In this document: one piece after another, positions 10,495 to 21,517 of the stretch
Position numbering within the stretch: the stretch's first letter is position 1
Layout: each line of letters starts with the position of its first letter
Assembly (NCBI GenBank): GCA_965222225.1
Contig: CBDCTK010000002.1
Location: forward strand, 4,256,001-4,320,000
Origin: Candidatus Poribacteria bacterium
GTDB lineage: Bacteria > Poribacteria > WGA-4E > JAJDTR01
Length of the DNA stretch: 64,000 nt
Reading direction: 5' to 3'
The notes under the pieces: model-generated
What the model saw: the letters and a program-made list of their open reading frames with translations, nothing else
Told to the model about the DNA's origin: nothing
Databases searched by the model: none
Made by a program: the position numbers and the translations under genes

Positions 10495-11058
10495 ATGGAA
10501 AAGGTTCTGTTGGTCATTGGCGATGCCGCCGAGGTTACTGATACGCTTTATCCCTACTACCGAATCGCTGAAGACGACTATCAGGTACGGGTTGGAGCAC
10601 CCGAGAAACGAACTTATCACCTTGTGCAGCACGACGCGCATCCGGAGTGGGATATAACGGTGGAGTCGAAGGGATACGAGTTCGCCGCAGACATTGCGTT
10701 CCGGGAGGTCAATCCGGAAACTTACTTGGGACTGGTGATTTCCGGAGGCCGCGCTCCAGAGTACCTCCGCTACGACGAGGACCTGATGGCAATCACTAGT
10801 CACTTCGGCGAAAGCGGCAAACCTATCGCCTCCGTGTGCCACGGCATTGAGATTGTGGCTAAGGCTGGCGTCATCAGAGGCAAAACGGTAACAACCGTTG
10901 CCAAATGCCGTTTTGATGCCGAGGTTTGCGGGGCAACTTATGTGGATGCGCCGGTGGTGGTAGACGGAAATATCGTGACTGCCCGCACCTTTCACGATAA
11001 TGCACACTGGATGCGGGAGTACATGAAGCTTCTGAACGCCGCGCGGGATGCCCGTTAA
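10495..11058 (+). CDS. DJ-1/PfpI family protein
   Basis: GDAAE, GGRAPEYLR, nucleophile elbow VCHG, VVVDGNIVTAR. Confidence 0.88.
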   Translation: MEKVLLVIGDAAEVTDTLYPYYRIAEDDYQVRVGAPEKRTYHLVQHDAHPEWDITVESKGYEFAADIAFREVNPETYLGLVISGGRAPEYLRYDEDLMAITSHFGESGKPIASVCHGIEIVAKAGVIRGKTVTTVAKCRFDAEVCGATYVDAPVVVDGNIVTARTFHDNAHWMREYMKLLNAARDAR

Positions 11059-11380
11059 ACCTGTAGCAGTCATCTCATAAACAGCCCCATCAGTTCCAGC
11101 TTTGTCTGACCCGTCCTTGAACCTGGGCTTCGAATTGTAGGCTAGTGGCGGAACAGTTTCTACAATCGAACCATTTTCCGCTACGGCTGGGGAAGTTACA
11201 ATCGCCATACCGGCTCTATTGAACTTCAGGTTCACTATCCGGAAACCATGAAAGTAAACCACGGCTTGACCCGTGTCAGCGTTGAGCTCCTATAATCCGC
11301 CACGACCATGAACTTCCCGTCACGAAATGCCTCCTTTGATTGATTGACTGTCACAATCGCATATTACACAGTATTCATTT

Positions 11381-12106
11381 ATGAACCAACCCATTCGCGT
11401 CACAGTCTGGAACGAATACCGACACGAGACGAGTGACGACCACATAGGCAAGATTTATCCAGGCGGAATACACAACGCCATCGGCAATTATCTGAAAAGA
11501 CAACCCGGCTTTGAGGTTCGGACAGCCACGTTAGACGAACCCGAACACGGTCTGACGACGGACGTCTTGGTTGCCACTGATGTGCTCATTTGGTGGGGAC
11601 ACGCGGCCCACACCGAGGTCCAGGATGATGTTGTCAACCGAATCCACGCCCGCGTGCTGGACGGAATGGGCCTCATTTGTCTCCACTCAGCCCACTATTC
11701 CAAAATCTTCATGAAGCTTATGGGCACAACCTGTAGCCTAAAATGGCGAGAGTCGGGCGATAAGGAGCGGCTCTGGGTTGTCGCACCGGGGCACCCGATT
11801 GTTGATGGATTGGATGAATACTTCGAGATAGAACATGCCGAGATGTACGGCGAACCCTTCGATATACCCGATCCGGACACACTGGTATTCATTAGCTGGT
11901 TCTCCGGCGGGGAGGTGTTCCGAAGCGGGTGTTGCTATTATCGCGGCAGGGGGAAGGTGTTCTATTTTCGGCCGGGCCATGAGACTCACCCGATTTACTA
12001 CGACGCCAACGTTTCACGTGTCATCGCTAACGCCGTGCGGTGGACCGCTCCCATAAACGGACCAAAACCTACCTTCGGAAACGTACAATCCCTGGAAGAA
12101 ATCTAA
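11381..12106 (+). CDS. thuA: Trehalose utilization protein ThuA
   Basis: [53 protein letters not shown]. Confidence 0.88.
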   Translation: MNQPIRVTVWNEYRHETSDDHIGKIYPGGIHNAIGNYLKRQPGFEVRTATLDEPEHGLTTDVLVATDVLIWWGHAAHTEVQDDVVNRIHARVLDGMGLICLHSAHYSKIFMKLMGTTCSLKWRESGDKERLWVVAPGHPIVDGLDEYFEIEHAEMYGEPFDIPDPDTLVFISWFSGGEVFRSGCCYYRGRGKVFYFRPGHETHPIYYDANVSRVIANAVRWTAPINGPKPTFGNVQSLEEI

Positions 12107-12202
12107 CTCTTTCAGTATCACAATGTCCCCAAGCGAATCTTCGCATGTCAAACCAAGACGCATCATCCTTCATGTTATGGGCAGGCATCTGTGGGTAAAG
12201 TA

Positions 12203-12231
12203 TTGTCTCCAGCCCGTATGAGTGATATAAT
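12203..12231 (+). promoter_or_regulatory. Sigma70-type promoter
   Basis: TTGTCT-17bp-TATAAT with extended -10 TG, ~40 bp before the ATG at 12273. Confidence 0.65.
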
Positions 12232-12272
12232 GACGCACTCAATTTCCGAAAATCACGTGTAGGGAACACACC

Positions 12273-13175
12273 ATGAAAAACGCGTTCATGCGGTGGTGGG
12301 GATGCGGCGCCTTTGATTTCATCTTGGGCGATGTCAATATTGCCTTCGATCCATACCTCTTCAACGAAAACCTGGAATCCGCCGAGCCGATCTACGATTA
12401 TATTTTCATTTCGCACGAGCACTTCGATCACTGCAATCCCCCGACCCTGCTGAAACTTTGTCAAGGCGACCGATTCAAGAAACTCTTCGTTAGCCCCGGC
12501 TGCGTTTACCCTGTATTGCCAATTGATGAAAACTATGGGGATGCTGCTTTTGAGCGCGATCTGCCAATTACCAAGTATCTGCCGGTAGAGAAAGTTCAAG
12601 TCCTTTATCCCAAATATCTCGACGATAGCCAAGTGAACACCCGAAAGTTCCCGGGGCCATTTGAGGCAGATCTCGGGGCATTAAAGGTCGAGACAATCGA
12701 AAGCGGGGAAAATTCTGACCCGTGTACCCCGACATGTGGATATCTCGTGTCCCACACGGAAAAAAACATCTCCGTGCTGCACACCGGGGACATGCATGTA
12801 CCGTATCCAGCTTTGAAAAACATACAGGGACGCGTCGACTTTCTTATCCACATGAAGCTGGGTTTGACGGAGTGGGAAGGTCCGAATTACACGCAAAATC
12901 TCCTGGACTGTCTCGACCTCATACAACCTCGCTACCTCATCCCCACGCATTACAGGACAGACAGCGCCAGCGATCCAATCCCTCACGGTACCTGGCCCCC
13001 AAATGTCACCGATGTCTTGGCTTTCATTGAGTGGATTCGCGAGACGGTAGGGGACAGAACCAAAGTGCTCCCGTTTACGGCTGGGGTTCAATACGAGGTA
13101 GAAATGCCGGCAAAGAAAATTCTCTGGAAATGGAACTGGTTCAATACATGGACAGTACCACCGTGGCGTGGTTGA
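12273..13175 (+). CDS. Metallo-beta-lactamase fold hydrolase (UlaG-like)
   Basis: FDPYL, ISHEHFDH metal motif, HTGD, LIPTHY. Confidence 0.82.
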   Translation: MKNAFMRWWGCGAFDFILGDVNIAFDPYLFNENLESAEPIYDYIFISHEHFDHCNPPTLLKLCQGDRFKKLFVSPGCVYPVLPIDENYGDAAFERDLPITKYLPVEKVQVLYPKYLDDSQVNTRKFPGPFEADLGALKVETIESGENSDPCTPTCGYLVSHTEKNISVLHTGDMHVPYPALKNIQGRVDFLIHMKLGLTEWEGPNYTQNLLDCLDLIQPRYLIPTHYRTDSASDPIPHGTWPPNVTDVLAFIEWIRETVGDRTKVLPFTAGVQYEVEMPAKKILWKWNWFNTWTVPPWRG

Positions 13176-13214
13176 CCTAGGTTACCAGTAGCAGACACAC
13201 TCCAATTCCCCTTG

Positions 13215-13314
13215 CGTAGATTACAGCACGACGAAGGGATTTTTATCAGGATCTTCTATCGCCTTGGAATCACTATCGCACTCGTTATTCGCTCTCCTGT
13301 TCGTTCCTACTACG
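13215..13314 (+). repeat. CTATCGC-module repeat (degenerate REP-like copy)
   Basis: GGATCTTCTATCGCC..CACTATCGCACTCGTTATTCGCTC between CGTAG and CTACG ends. Confidence 0.6.
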
Positions 13315-13325
13315 TTTTAATAACT

Positions 13326-14915
13326 ATGGCGAAACTCAAGGACATCAATACCACCGATATTCGCGACGCAATTCGACTAGGCTGCCGCACGATGTCCAAC
13401 GTGTTCAATGCGGATGACAATGATGTTCCGTTCTTCGGCGCTTACGTGCGTCCCCATCCACCGGCTCTTGTCTGGAGCGACTTGCACGAGGAGGCGCAGA
13501 TTCCCGGCAGGCATCTCAACGCACTACTGGCCGCAGAAAGCATCACCGGTGTGGAGATTGATGAGCAGGTTATTGAAAAGCACGCGCGAGCGGCATTCTT
13601 TGCCTATTCCGGTCCGATGCCATTGCCTCTGAACAGGGAAACAATGGACGGTGTGCCAATCAAGCTGTTTTCACACAACGTCCGCGAAGGCTTCCACGCG
13701 CTGCATGCCCTCGTGCGTTACCGTGATTGCAATCGTGCTAGGGAACTTGCCGAAGGTAGCATCGCCATTATTCTGGAACGTTGGGATCCTGACGATGGCT
13801 GGGAAGGCGATTACCTTGAGGGAAAATTCGGACTAAAGATTTGGGGAACGATTGGCTCAACCTATCGAGATGGGAACATACTTATCGGCTTAGGAAGATC
13901 TGTGGGGCCACTGGTGAAATACTACCGCACAACAGGCTATGGTCCCTCGCTTGAGTTGGCATTGCGGCTGAAAGATAGAATGCTTCAAGATTGCTTCTGG
14001 GAAGAGGGATGCTACGATGCGGAACGGTTCGGACACCATGCGCATTCGATTACATCGTCGATGACTTCGCTGGCGCAATTGGCAGATCTGTTGCAAGATC
14101 CGGCGCTAATGAACCGCGTGAAAACGTTCTACGACAACGGCCTTTGGAGTTTTCGCGACCAGGTCGGCTGGGCAAGTGAGCACGCGGAAGGAGGCGATAG
14201 GCCCGACATGGGGGAGATGAACACCACCGGCGACATCCTGGAAACCGCACTCATTCTAGGAAGCTGGGGTTTTACGCAATACTATGAAGATGCCGAGCGA
14301 ATCCTTCGGTGTCATATCCTTCCATCCCAACTCCGCGACATCTCTTTTTGTGAGGTTGGGGAAAATCCAAATAACGAAGACCGACTGCATGACGTTCCCA
14401 ATCGACTATACGGCGCATTCGGCTTTCCAGCGCCATACGGCCACGCCTCACTAGGCGTCGACGGAATCTGCTTCAATCTGGACGTTGTAGGAGGCACTGT
14501 CGGATCGCTGTGCGCCGCCTATGAATCAATCACGCGTTTTGCTGAAGCCGGACACCGGGTGAACCTGCTATTCGACCACGAAACTGATGCCATAAAGGTT
14601 GAATCTCCCTATACACACGAAGCATTGTATGTTAGACTGAAGCGGAGTGGACCTCTATTTGTACGAATTCCGTCGTGGGTGAAAACAGGAGAGCTAGTCG
14701 TTACGGGAACAGACCAAACGCCAATCCTCAACAATGGTTATGCTTTCTTCCCTCAACCGCCGGTGAATCGCCCTATTGGGATTCGCTTTCCGCTGTCGGA
14801 GCGTGAGATGATCCTAAAGCATACAGCCCGAGATATTCGCGTTCGACTCGGAGGAGACACGGTAGTCGCAATGGAAAATTTTGGGGCAGACCTTACGTTT
14901 TTCGATCCACTTTAA
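13326..14915 (+). CDS. Hypothetical protein, probable (alpha/alpha)6-barrel GH127-like glycoside hydrolase
   Basis: Start chosen at ATG 13326 because the upstream part overlaps a repeat; HAHS, E.N.TGD, YYEDAERILR..Q, VNLLFD and C-terminal LFVRIPSW resemble GH127/GH146-like proteins. Confidence 0.55.
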   Translation: MAKLKDINTTDIRDAIRLGCRTMSNVFNADDNDVPFFGAYVRPHPPALVWSDLHEEAQIPGRHLNALLAAESITGVEIDEQVIEKHARAAFFAYSGPMPLPLNRETMDGVPIKLFSHNVREGFHALHALVRYRDCNRARELAEGSIAIILERWDPDDGWEGDYLEGKFGLKIWGTIGSTYRDGNILIGLGRSVGPLVKYYRTTGYGPSLELALRLKDRMLQDCFWEEGCYDAERFGHHAHSITSSMTSLAQLADLLQDPALMNRVKTFYDNGLWSFRDQVGWASEHAEGGDRPDMGEMNTTGDILETALILGSWGFTQYYEDAERILRCHILPSQLRDISFCEVGENPNNEDRLHDVPNRLYGAFGFPAPYGHASLGVDGICFNLDVVGGTVGSLCAAYESITRFAEAGHRVNLLFDHETDAIKVESPYTHEALYVRLKRSGPLFVRIPSWVKTGELVVTGTDQTPILNNGYAFFPQPPVNRPIGIRFPLSEREMILKHTARDIRVRLGGDTVVAMENFGADLTFFDPL

Positions 14916-15225
14916 GCTCGACTTTGTACATTTGAGCGACACAACAAACGGTCTCAATCAAGCGTTGAAGAAAAGCAGGGACATTTTGATTATCTGGCCT
15001 AGATTATCTGGCCTATTTGATTGACCATTGAAAAAGTCCGCCCCGAGCGGTTCTAATTCCTATACAATCTGTGAAATCTCTATCGTCCTCGCTATTCGTT
15101 TGGTTGAACTCGCACTGGGACTTTGGTGTGGTGCGACTCGGTGTTGCTATACACCTGCCGCGCCTCCGGCGCTTTCAAAGGCTGGTGGGCAGTGCCCACC
15201 CTACAAATGTACAAAGTCGAGTTTA
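14913..15225. mobile_element. MITE-like cassette with 22-bp terminal inverted repeats enclosing REP repeats
   Basis: TAAGCTCGACTTTGTACATTTG (14913-14934) vs CAAATGTACAAAGTCGAGTTTA (15204-15225), 21/22 match, TA at both outer ends; contains a CTATCGC module, a GTAG-REP and a 14-bp tandem duplication. Confidence 0.75.
15180..15204 (-). repeat. REP-like palindrome family A (GTAGGGTGGGCACTGCCCACCAGCC)
   Basis: GTAG head plus GGTGGGCA/TGCCCACC stem; other copies at 22420, 24355, 38996, 43518, 49592. Confidence 0.8.
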
Positions 15226-15314
15226 GAGCCTGTTTGAATAATGGATGGCAGAATAATTCTGATTAGCTAAATAGCTGGGTTTCACTGGGAGCTCTATCGC
15301 GAGCAAAGGGGATT

Positions 15315-15375
15315 CCATCTTCGAATTCATGATCGAAGATGGCTCCTACAGAAGACGCACAATAAATTGCGCTAC
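15315..15375 (-). repeat. Two further GTAG-headed REP-like palindromes
   Basis: Minus strand GTAGGAG-CCATCTTCGA..TCGAAGATGG (perfect 10-bp stem, 15315-15349) and GTAGCGCAATTTATTGTGCG (15356-15375; sibling at 22477). Confidence 0.65.
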
Positions 15376-15512
15376 TGCAAACCGAACTTGGTAGATCCTA
15401 TCTGCATGATTCTTAGTTGCAATAACTAAAATCCCAATTCCTTAGCGCCACCACAGCTTAACACACTCACATCGACTATCGAGACCACTAAAACAGTCAC
15501 GGGGGTACACAT

Positions 15513-18020
15513 ATGAATGATTCCTCAAACATAGATGAATTAGCATCGTCAGCGACAGCCGATGAACTTGACAAAGCCCAAAAGTGGACACAGGCAAAAT
15601 TTGGAGGAGTAGCAGAGACGAAACCGGATGAAGGCTACCTGACGGTGAATTTGACTGCGGGCAGGGTTCAAAGGAGCGAAGTCACTACTACCGGATACGG
15701 ACTCTACGCGATTGCCAGCCGGCCGCTTCGAATCGCTGACCGTGACTATGGACGAGGTCTCCATTTTCCGTCCGAAGGGGAGGTAGTGGTTCATCTGCCT
15801 AAACCCGCAAAAACCTTTGAAGCGACCCTGGGAGTGGACAGCAATCGGGTTACCGGTTTCTATTCCAACGCGGGTCGTGGCACTGTGATTGCCAAAGTCG
15901 ATGTCAATGGAAATGAGGTTTTTCGCTCGGACGTGCTACACGAAGGAATAGAGGGGATTCCCGTTACTATCCAACTCAACGGGGCAACCGAGTTCGTTCT
16001 CGGCTTGATCGATGCTGGCAGAGGAACAATCCAAAGAGTTAACTTCAACCAAGTGGATTGGGCGGAAGCACGAGTAAATCTGGATGACGGGGAGACCGTA
16101 TGGTTGGATGATCTACCCACTGCCCCACTACGCGCATCCTATTCAACCGACGCCCCTTTTTCATTCCGCTATGCGGGTCAACCCTCCGGCGATTTTCTTG
16201 ATGGTTGGAAACTTGAGCGTGACAAGAGAGCATTGGATGAAGACCGAACGGAACTTACAACCACATACACCGATCCGTCTACCGGTTTGCAGGTGCGATG
16301 CGTTGCCGAGATGTATTCGGCGTTTCCCGTCGTGGAGTGGACGCTATACTTCAAAAACACCGGCGAGCGGCCGACTCCAATTATTGAGGACATTCAAGCG
16401 ATCGACACGCAATTAGAACGCGGTGGAGACGGCGAGTTTCGACTGCATCACGGCGACGGGAGTCCTCACTCCGGCTTGGCGCCGCAAACTCCCACGCAAT
16501 ACGCTCCGCGGGAAACCGAACTTACTCCCAGAACAGAGAAACATCTTCTGGCAATGGAAGGATTACCGGCTGGCGGCGATCTTCCGTATTTTAATGTGGA
16601 ATGTAACGGTGAGGGCGCCATAATTGCCATAGGTTGGCTTGGACAGTGGGCGGCACAATTCATCCGAGATAATGCATATGGCTTGCGAATACGTGCGGGA
16701 CAGGAGTTAACCCACTTCAAATTGCTGCCCGGCGAAGAGGTGCGCACCCCTCTCATTGCGATGCTGTTTTGGGAAGGCGATTGGATTCGTTCACAGAATC
16801 TATGGCGCCGCTGGATGATTCGCCACAACCTGCCTCGGCCGGGCGGAAAGCTGCCACCGCCGCAACTGGAAGCAAGCGGCTCAGCACAGTATATTGAAAT
16901 GTCTCTGGCAACCGAAGAAAACCAAGTAGAGTTTGTTGATCGATACTTTGAAGAAAAGATTGGAATTGATTACTGGTGGATGGATGCCGGATGGCACATC
17001 TTCCGCGAATACTGGTTAAGCTTGGGAACATGGACACCGGATCCGGAGCGGTTTCCACGCGGTCTTCGTCCCGTCTCAGATCACGTTCGTTCCAAAGGCG
17101 CCAAAGTCATCCTCTGGTTCGTGCCTGAAAGAACGGACCCCGGCGAATGGCTCTACGAAAACCGTCCCGAATGGCTACTGGGAATCAACGGAGGCAGGAA
17201 ACTGCTCAACTTTGGGGACCCCGATGCTTGGGAGTGGGCGCTAAATCACTTCGACACTCTTATAGTTGAACAAGGAGTCGATCTCTTCCGAATGGATGGC
17301 GATTCCACACTCCCCTATTGGCGGGCAAACGACACGGAAGACCGCCAAGGAATCACTGAAATCCGTCATGTGGAGGGAGTTTTGGCATTTTGGGATGAAT
17401 TACGGCGTCGCCACCCCGACATGCTGATGGATATCTGCGCCGGCGGCGGGGCTCGAAACGCGCTTGAAGCACTGCGCCGCGCCGTCCCGTTGTGGCGAAG
17501 CGACTATGCCTACGAAACAACAGGAATGCAGAACCTGACTCGTGCCATGTCTCTGTGGATTCCCTTCTTCGGAACCGGGACGAATGCGTTTGAATCGTAC
17601 ACCTTCCGAAGCCAGATGGCGCCGGCTTTGTGCTGCATCTGGGATTTGCGCCGCAGGGATGTGGACTACACTTTCCAGCGCCGGATGGTGGCGGAATGGC
17701 GTCAAGTAGCGGGCAACTATTACGGAGACTACTATCCGCTCACTACTTACCGCACTGAGGACGATGTCTGGGCGGCTTGGCAGTTCGATCGGCCCGAATC
17801 CGGACAGGGGATGGTACAAGCATTCCGTCGTCAAGATAGCGACATCACACAGATGTGCTTCAAGTTGCGCGGGTTAGACGCCTCGGCACACTACACCGTT
17901 ACGAATATGGACATTGATGGTACAACGAAAATCTCAGGCAAGGATTTGACCGAAAACGGTCTATCAATTACAATTGAGGAACAGCCGGGCGCAGCCCTGA
18001 TAGTCTACAAACGCTTATAG
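15513..18020 (+). CDS. GH36-like alpha-galactosidase with inserted NPCBM/NEW2 domain
   Basis: NPCBM-like YGRGL..TFEATLGVD..VDWAEAR; YWWMDAGW, PERFPRGL, LWFVPER, FRMD, CAGGGAR, LWRSD; C-terminal KLRGLD..Y.V. Confidence 0.82.
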   Translation: MNDSSNIDELASSATADELDKAQKWTQAKFGGVAETKPDEGYLTVNLTAGRVQRSEVTTTGYGLYAIASRPLRIADRDYGRGLHFPSEGEVVVHLPKPAKTFEATLGVDSNRVTGFYSNAGRGTVIAKVDVNGNEVFRSDVLHEGIEGIPVTIQLNGATEFVLGLIDAGRGTIQRVNFNQVDWAEARVNLDDGETVWLDDLPTAPLRASYSTDAPFSFRYAGQPSGDFLDGWKLERDKRALDEDRTELTTTYTDPSTGLQVRCVAEMYSAFPVVEWTLYFKNTGERPTPIIEDIQAIDTQLERGGDGEFRLHHGDGSPHSGLAPQTPTQYAPRETELTPRTEKHLLAMEGLPAGGDLPYFNVECNGEGAIIAIGWLGQWAAQFIRDNAYGLRIRAGQELTHFKLLPGEEVRTPLIAMLFWEGDWIRSQNLWRRWMIRHNLPRPGGKLPPPQLEASGSAQYIEMSLATEENQVEFVDRYFEEKIGIDYWWMDAGWHIFREYWLSLGTWTPDPERFPRGLRPVSDHVRSKGAKVILWFVPERTDPGEWLYENRPEWLLGINGGRKLLNFGDPDAWEWALNHFDTLIVEQGVDLFRMDGDSTLPYWRANDTEDRQGITEIRHVEGVLAFWDELRRRHPDMLMDICAGGGARNALEALRRAVPLWRSDYAYETTGMQNLTRAMSLWIPFFGTGTNAFESYTFRSQMAPALCCIWDLRRRDVDYTFQRRMVAEWRQVAGNYYGDYYPLTTYRTEDDVWAAWQFDRPESGQGMVQAFRRQDSDITQMCFKLRGLDASAHYTVTNMDIDGTTKISGKDLTENGLSITIEEQPGAALIVYKRL

Positions 18021-18141
18021 GGAGATTACTATTCACCACTAAAGACATATGGATGGAACGACATCCCCATCCTTCCGACCTTACATGTGACTTTAGAAGA
18101 TAGGCATACCTATCGTAATTACTTCAGGAGGAGAAATAACC

Positions 18142-19368
18142 ATGCAGGTAAATCCGAAACAGTTGTGGGAGGACGGTTTCATCATTATTCCAGACTGCGT
18201 CCCCCCGAATCGCCTTGATGAGTTACGCAACAGTTTCGAGGTTCTTGTTGAACGCCAGAAAGAGATATGGGCGCGGGAACGCAATCCCGACGACCCACCA
18301 GGCGGTCACTGGGAAACGGGTGCACAGCCGAGGGTCAGCTTCAGTCCACTCATTGACGAGGAAACCGCCAATGCCGTTGAATTCTGTCTGCAAGAGAACA
18401 CGCTAGGCGTTAGTTGTCAAGTGATGCAAGCACCTGAAACAATCCTCAAGTACATTACAATGATGTGCAGCCCATTGCGGGATCATGGTCCTTCAGGGTG
18501 GCATCGTGATATCGAACCCTATCGCGACGGTCCGCTGAGCGGTTTACAAGCGGATATGGCGGCGAACGGTGTGGGTACTGTGCAATGGAACATTGCGCTC
18601 TACGATGACGATGTCCTTTGGATAGTCCCAGGCAGCCACCGACGCCGCAACACCGATGCCGAGAATCGTACACTGCTGGAAAGTTCGCGGGTGCCGCTCC
18701 CCAATAGCATCCCAGTGCAACTCAAGGCAGGCGAAGGTGTGGTCTATTCCAACGCGATTCTCCACTGGGGCAGCAACTACAGCACGAAATTGAGACGGAC
18801 AATCCATCTCGCGTTCCGTGCGTATGGGAGTGACCTGTTTTCATACCGGCCCTATCTCAACTGGACGATTGACTTCAGCAAACATCTGTCTCCGTGGGGA
18901 CGAGGGATTGTTGAGCGGTTCGCCAGTCGTTTCACCGCTGAGTTTGACGTTATCGCGCAGACCTTCCGTGCGGTCATCGACAAAGACGAAACCGCCTTTC
19001 TCGAAGGCCTTGCAATGCTTCACCCCGGCGAAGAGCATCGGATGATCTGTGTCATGTTTCTAACTAAGCTGGCGTACAAAGTCCACTTGCTCAACCAGCC
19101 CGAGGTAGCGACGCTCCCCGATCCTGCACAGGCGGGACAGATTGGATGGCCATGGGAATGTGTCGATGTCCTTCAGAACATCGCTCGCCGCTTCACCATT
19201 GATGAAACTAATCTCCTGTGGCATCGCTTCGCCGATATGGACAATAGACTCAAGTCGGAAGAGGACCAATACGTTCCCGGCTTCCAGACCGGTCCCACGA
19301 AGTACCTGTTCTACGACATGCCTCCGAATTTTGAAGTCGAGGACTTCATCGCCACCTGGGATTCCTAG
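18142..19368 (+). CDS. PhyH-family dioxygenase with C-terminal extension
   Basis: EDGFIIIPD, GWHRD, IVPGSH, ILHWGSNY..RR; RBS AGGAGG. Confidence 0.82.
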   Translation: MQVNPKQLWEDGFIIIPDCVPPNRLDELRNSFEVLVERQKEIWARERNPDDPPGGHWETGAQPRVSFSPLIDEETANAVEFCLQENTLGVSCQVMQAPETILKYITMMCSPLRDHGPSGWHRDIEPYRDGPLSGLQADMAANGVGTVQWNIALYDDDVLWIVPGSHRRRNTDAENRTLLESSRVPLPNSIPVQLKAGEGVVYSNAILHWGSNYSTKLRRTIHLAFRAYGSDLFSYRPYLNWTIDFSKHLSPWGRGIVERFASRFTAEFDVIAQTFRAVIDKDETAFLEGLAMLHPGEEHRMICVMFLTKLAYKVHLLNQPEVATLPDPAQAGQIGWPWECVDVLQNIARRFTIDETNLLWHRFADMDNRLKSEEDQYVPGFQTGPTKYLFYDMPPNFEVEDFIATWDS

Positions 19369-19377
19369 AAGCGTGTA

Positions 19378-19427
19378 GTAGGAGCGAGCTCTGCTCGCGA
19401 TTATTGAGGCAAAAACGCTTCTCCTAC
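19378..19427 (+). repeat. REP-like doublet (GTAGGAGCGAGCTCTGCTCGC ... CTCCTAC)
   Basis: GTAG head, GCGAGC/GCTCGC stem, inverted CTCCTAC end. Confidence 0.6.
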
Positions 19428-19646
19428 CGTGGCCACGACATCCTAGGGGGTCGGATGACCTTCACCCTCAAAAAAGAACAACAATGTGCCCGCGCTTACC
19501 AGCCACTGATCACTAGCCAACTAGTCACCGCTTTTCTGTTGATCAATCGTCCGATAACTGCTAGAATACTCTATACTTCGCTCCTCAAGTATCGTCGAAA
19601 GTTAACCGCGACACCGAAGCCTTAACTTAAGGAAGGAGAGGTTAAA

Positions 19647-20624
19647 ATGGCTTTAACACAAGCGCAACTCAATAAGTTTCACGAAGATGGCTTTCTCATA
19701 GTGGAAGACGTTTTCGACAAGAAGGATGTGGAAGCCGCTAGAATCGAAATGGAAAAGATCTTCTACGGCACGAGTTTCGAGGATTACCTTGCGAAGTTTG
19801 ACTCCACCGGCGAAGCGGAATCCGCCGACCCCACCCATACGGGGGCAGTTGCCCACTACGGCGAAACAAAACACGGGCGCCCCCAATTCCCGACAGGCAT
19901 TGACGCACTCGATCGCCTCATTGAGAACGATGACTATCTTGACATGTATGAGCAATGCCTCGGAACATCGGACATAAGTTACTGCAACGGCCACCTGTTT
20001 CTGCGCACAGGCCCCACCGACGAGCGACACGCCGAACACCCGTGGCAAGGATATCACATTGACCATTCAACAAACTGCTTTCTGCCGCCTAGCCAGGAGG
20101 TGGATTTATATAACTATGTTAACTCCGGCGTTTATCTCCACGATGTTGAAGACGATGGCGCCCCGATGCAAATCATCCCCGGCACCCATCGCCAGATTAT
20201 TGATCTGCTGCCCCGGCTTATTGAAGAGGATAACTGGACCGGGCACGGAGGAATTAAAGATATCCGGGAAATCCCCGAATTTCCCCCACCCGTAGCCACC
20301 ACTGCCAAGGCAGGCAGCGTCCGATTCAATAGTTCCTACGGTGTTCACGCGGCGATCCCCTTCAAAAACAAGCGTAGACAGCGAGGATATTGGACACTCT
20401 CACTCTGCCGCGGAGATAGCAGCCAGTTCACGAAATTGTCGAACCTATGGAGGGAACGGGAGTTTTCCGTTCCATTCTGGCAGACAACCACATCGCGCGT
20501 GCGGTCACTTTTCGGTTGGCCCAAGCCGGGACACCCCTACTACACGCCCGAGACCGTTGAATTCCTCGCACACTGGTATCCGGAGATGGACCTAACGCCG
20601 TATAAAGAAGCAATGGAGGGGTGA
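19647..20624 (+). CDS. PhyH-family dioxygenase
   Basis: LTQAQLNKFHEDGFLIV, YHID, IIPGTH, AKAGS..VHAA. Confidence 0.85.
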   Translation: MALTQAQLNKFHEDGFLIVEDVFDKKDVEAARIEMEKIFYGTSFEDYLAKFDSTGEAESADPTHTGAVAHYGETKHGRPQFPTGIDALDRLIENDDYLDMYEQCLGTSDISYCNGHLFLRTGPTDERHAEHPWQGYHIDHSTNCFLPPSQEVDLYNYVNSGVYLHDVEDDGAPMQIIPGTHRQIIDLLPRLIEEDNWTGHGGIKDIREIPEFPPPVATTAKAGSVRFNSSYGVHAAIPFKNKRRQRGYWTLSLCRGDSSQFTKLSNLWREREFSVPFWQTTTSRVRSLFGWPKPGHPYYTPETVEFLAHWYPEMDLTPYKEAMEG

Positions 20625-21517
20625 TGCCCCGAATTGATGCTCATCTTCACGTTTTCACCAAGGCGTCCACAGAGTTTCCGAGGGAAACCAATGAACTCTG
20701 GCCCGCTGAGCGGGAAGAATCCGTGGAAAAATTGCTAGTTGAGATGGAAACGCATCAGATTGACCAAGCGGTGTTGGTGCAACACCCTGGCGTGCAGATT
20801 GTGCGTCACGCCTATCTTTTGCACTGCCTCAGAACCTACCCGGACCGTTTTTTGGGCATTGGACTTATATCTCCCGATCTTCCCGACGTTGAAACCCACA
20901 TGGACACCTTGACAGATGGGACCGGGATTATCGGTTTTCGTCTTTCGACAATCGGCGGTCCTCGGGATCCCTTTGAAAAGATAAGTGTGAAGCAGCTCCG
21001 CGCCTATCGCATTTGGAAACACGCCGCAGAGAAAGATTATGTGCTCTGGCTGATTCTCCAAGCGCGCGATGCACATCTACTGCCTTATCTGCTTACCGAA
21101 TTCCCCCAGGTCAGAATTGTCATTAACCACCTTGGTATATGTCCAGGTAAAGGCAAGCTCTCATGGGGTACAAATTGCTGGCCGCGAATAGAAACACCGA
21201 TGTACAATCCGGCGTTCCACACGACCTGGCGTCTCGCACAATTCGAGAACGTCGCAATGTTGCTGTGTCTTCAGTACGCATTCAGCAACGAGCCGTTCCC
21301 ATATCGAGATCTTACGAACTGGCATCGCAGCCTCTTACGCATCTACGGATCCAAACGTCTCATGTGGGCGACCGATTTCCCGTGGATTCTTGAAGACCCG
21401 GGCTACGGCAAACTAACAACTATCATCAAAGAATTAATGCCCGATTTAACAGAGGATGAATACCGCGACATCATGGGCGGAACGGCAAAACGGTTCCTGC
21501 GCTTTCCCGACCAATGA
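20621..21517 (+). CDS. Amidohydrolase_2 family (lactonase-like) hydrolase
   Basis: IDAHLH, VINHLG, RLMWATDFPW, IMGGTAKRF; GTGA overlap with upstream gene. Confidence 0.85.
   Translation: MMPRIDAHLHVFTKASTEFPRETNELWPAEREESVEKLLVEMETHQIDQAVLVQHPGVQIVRHAYLLHCLRTYPDRFLGIGLISPDLPDVETHMDTLTDGTGIIGFRLSTIGGPRDPFEKISVKQLRAYRIWKHAAEKDYVLWLILQARDAHLLPYLLTEFPQVRIVINHLGICPGKGKLSWGTNCWPRIETPMYNPAFHTTWRLAQFENVAMLLCLQYAFSNEPFPYRDLTNWHRSLLRIYGSKRLMWATDFPWILEDPGYGKLTTIIKELMPDLTEDEYRDIMGGTAKRFLRFPDQ

Noticed and set aside
15224-15242. TAGAGCCTGTTT as an IS5-like end
   Set aside because: No partner end or transposase found nearby; at most an orphan end
18039-18116. Hairpins upstream of PhyH 18142 as an ncRNA
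   Set aside because: Imperfect stems, single copy, no recognisable family motif
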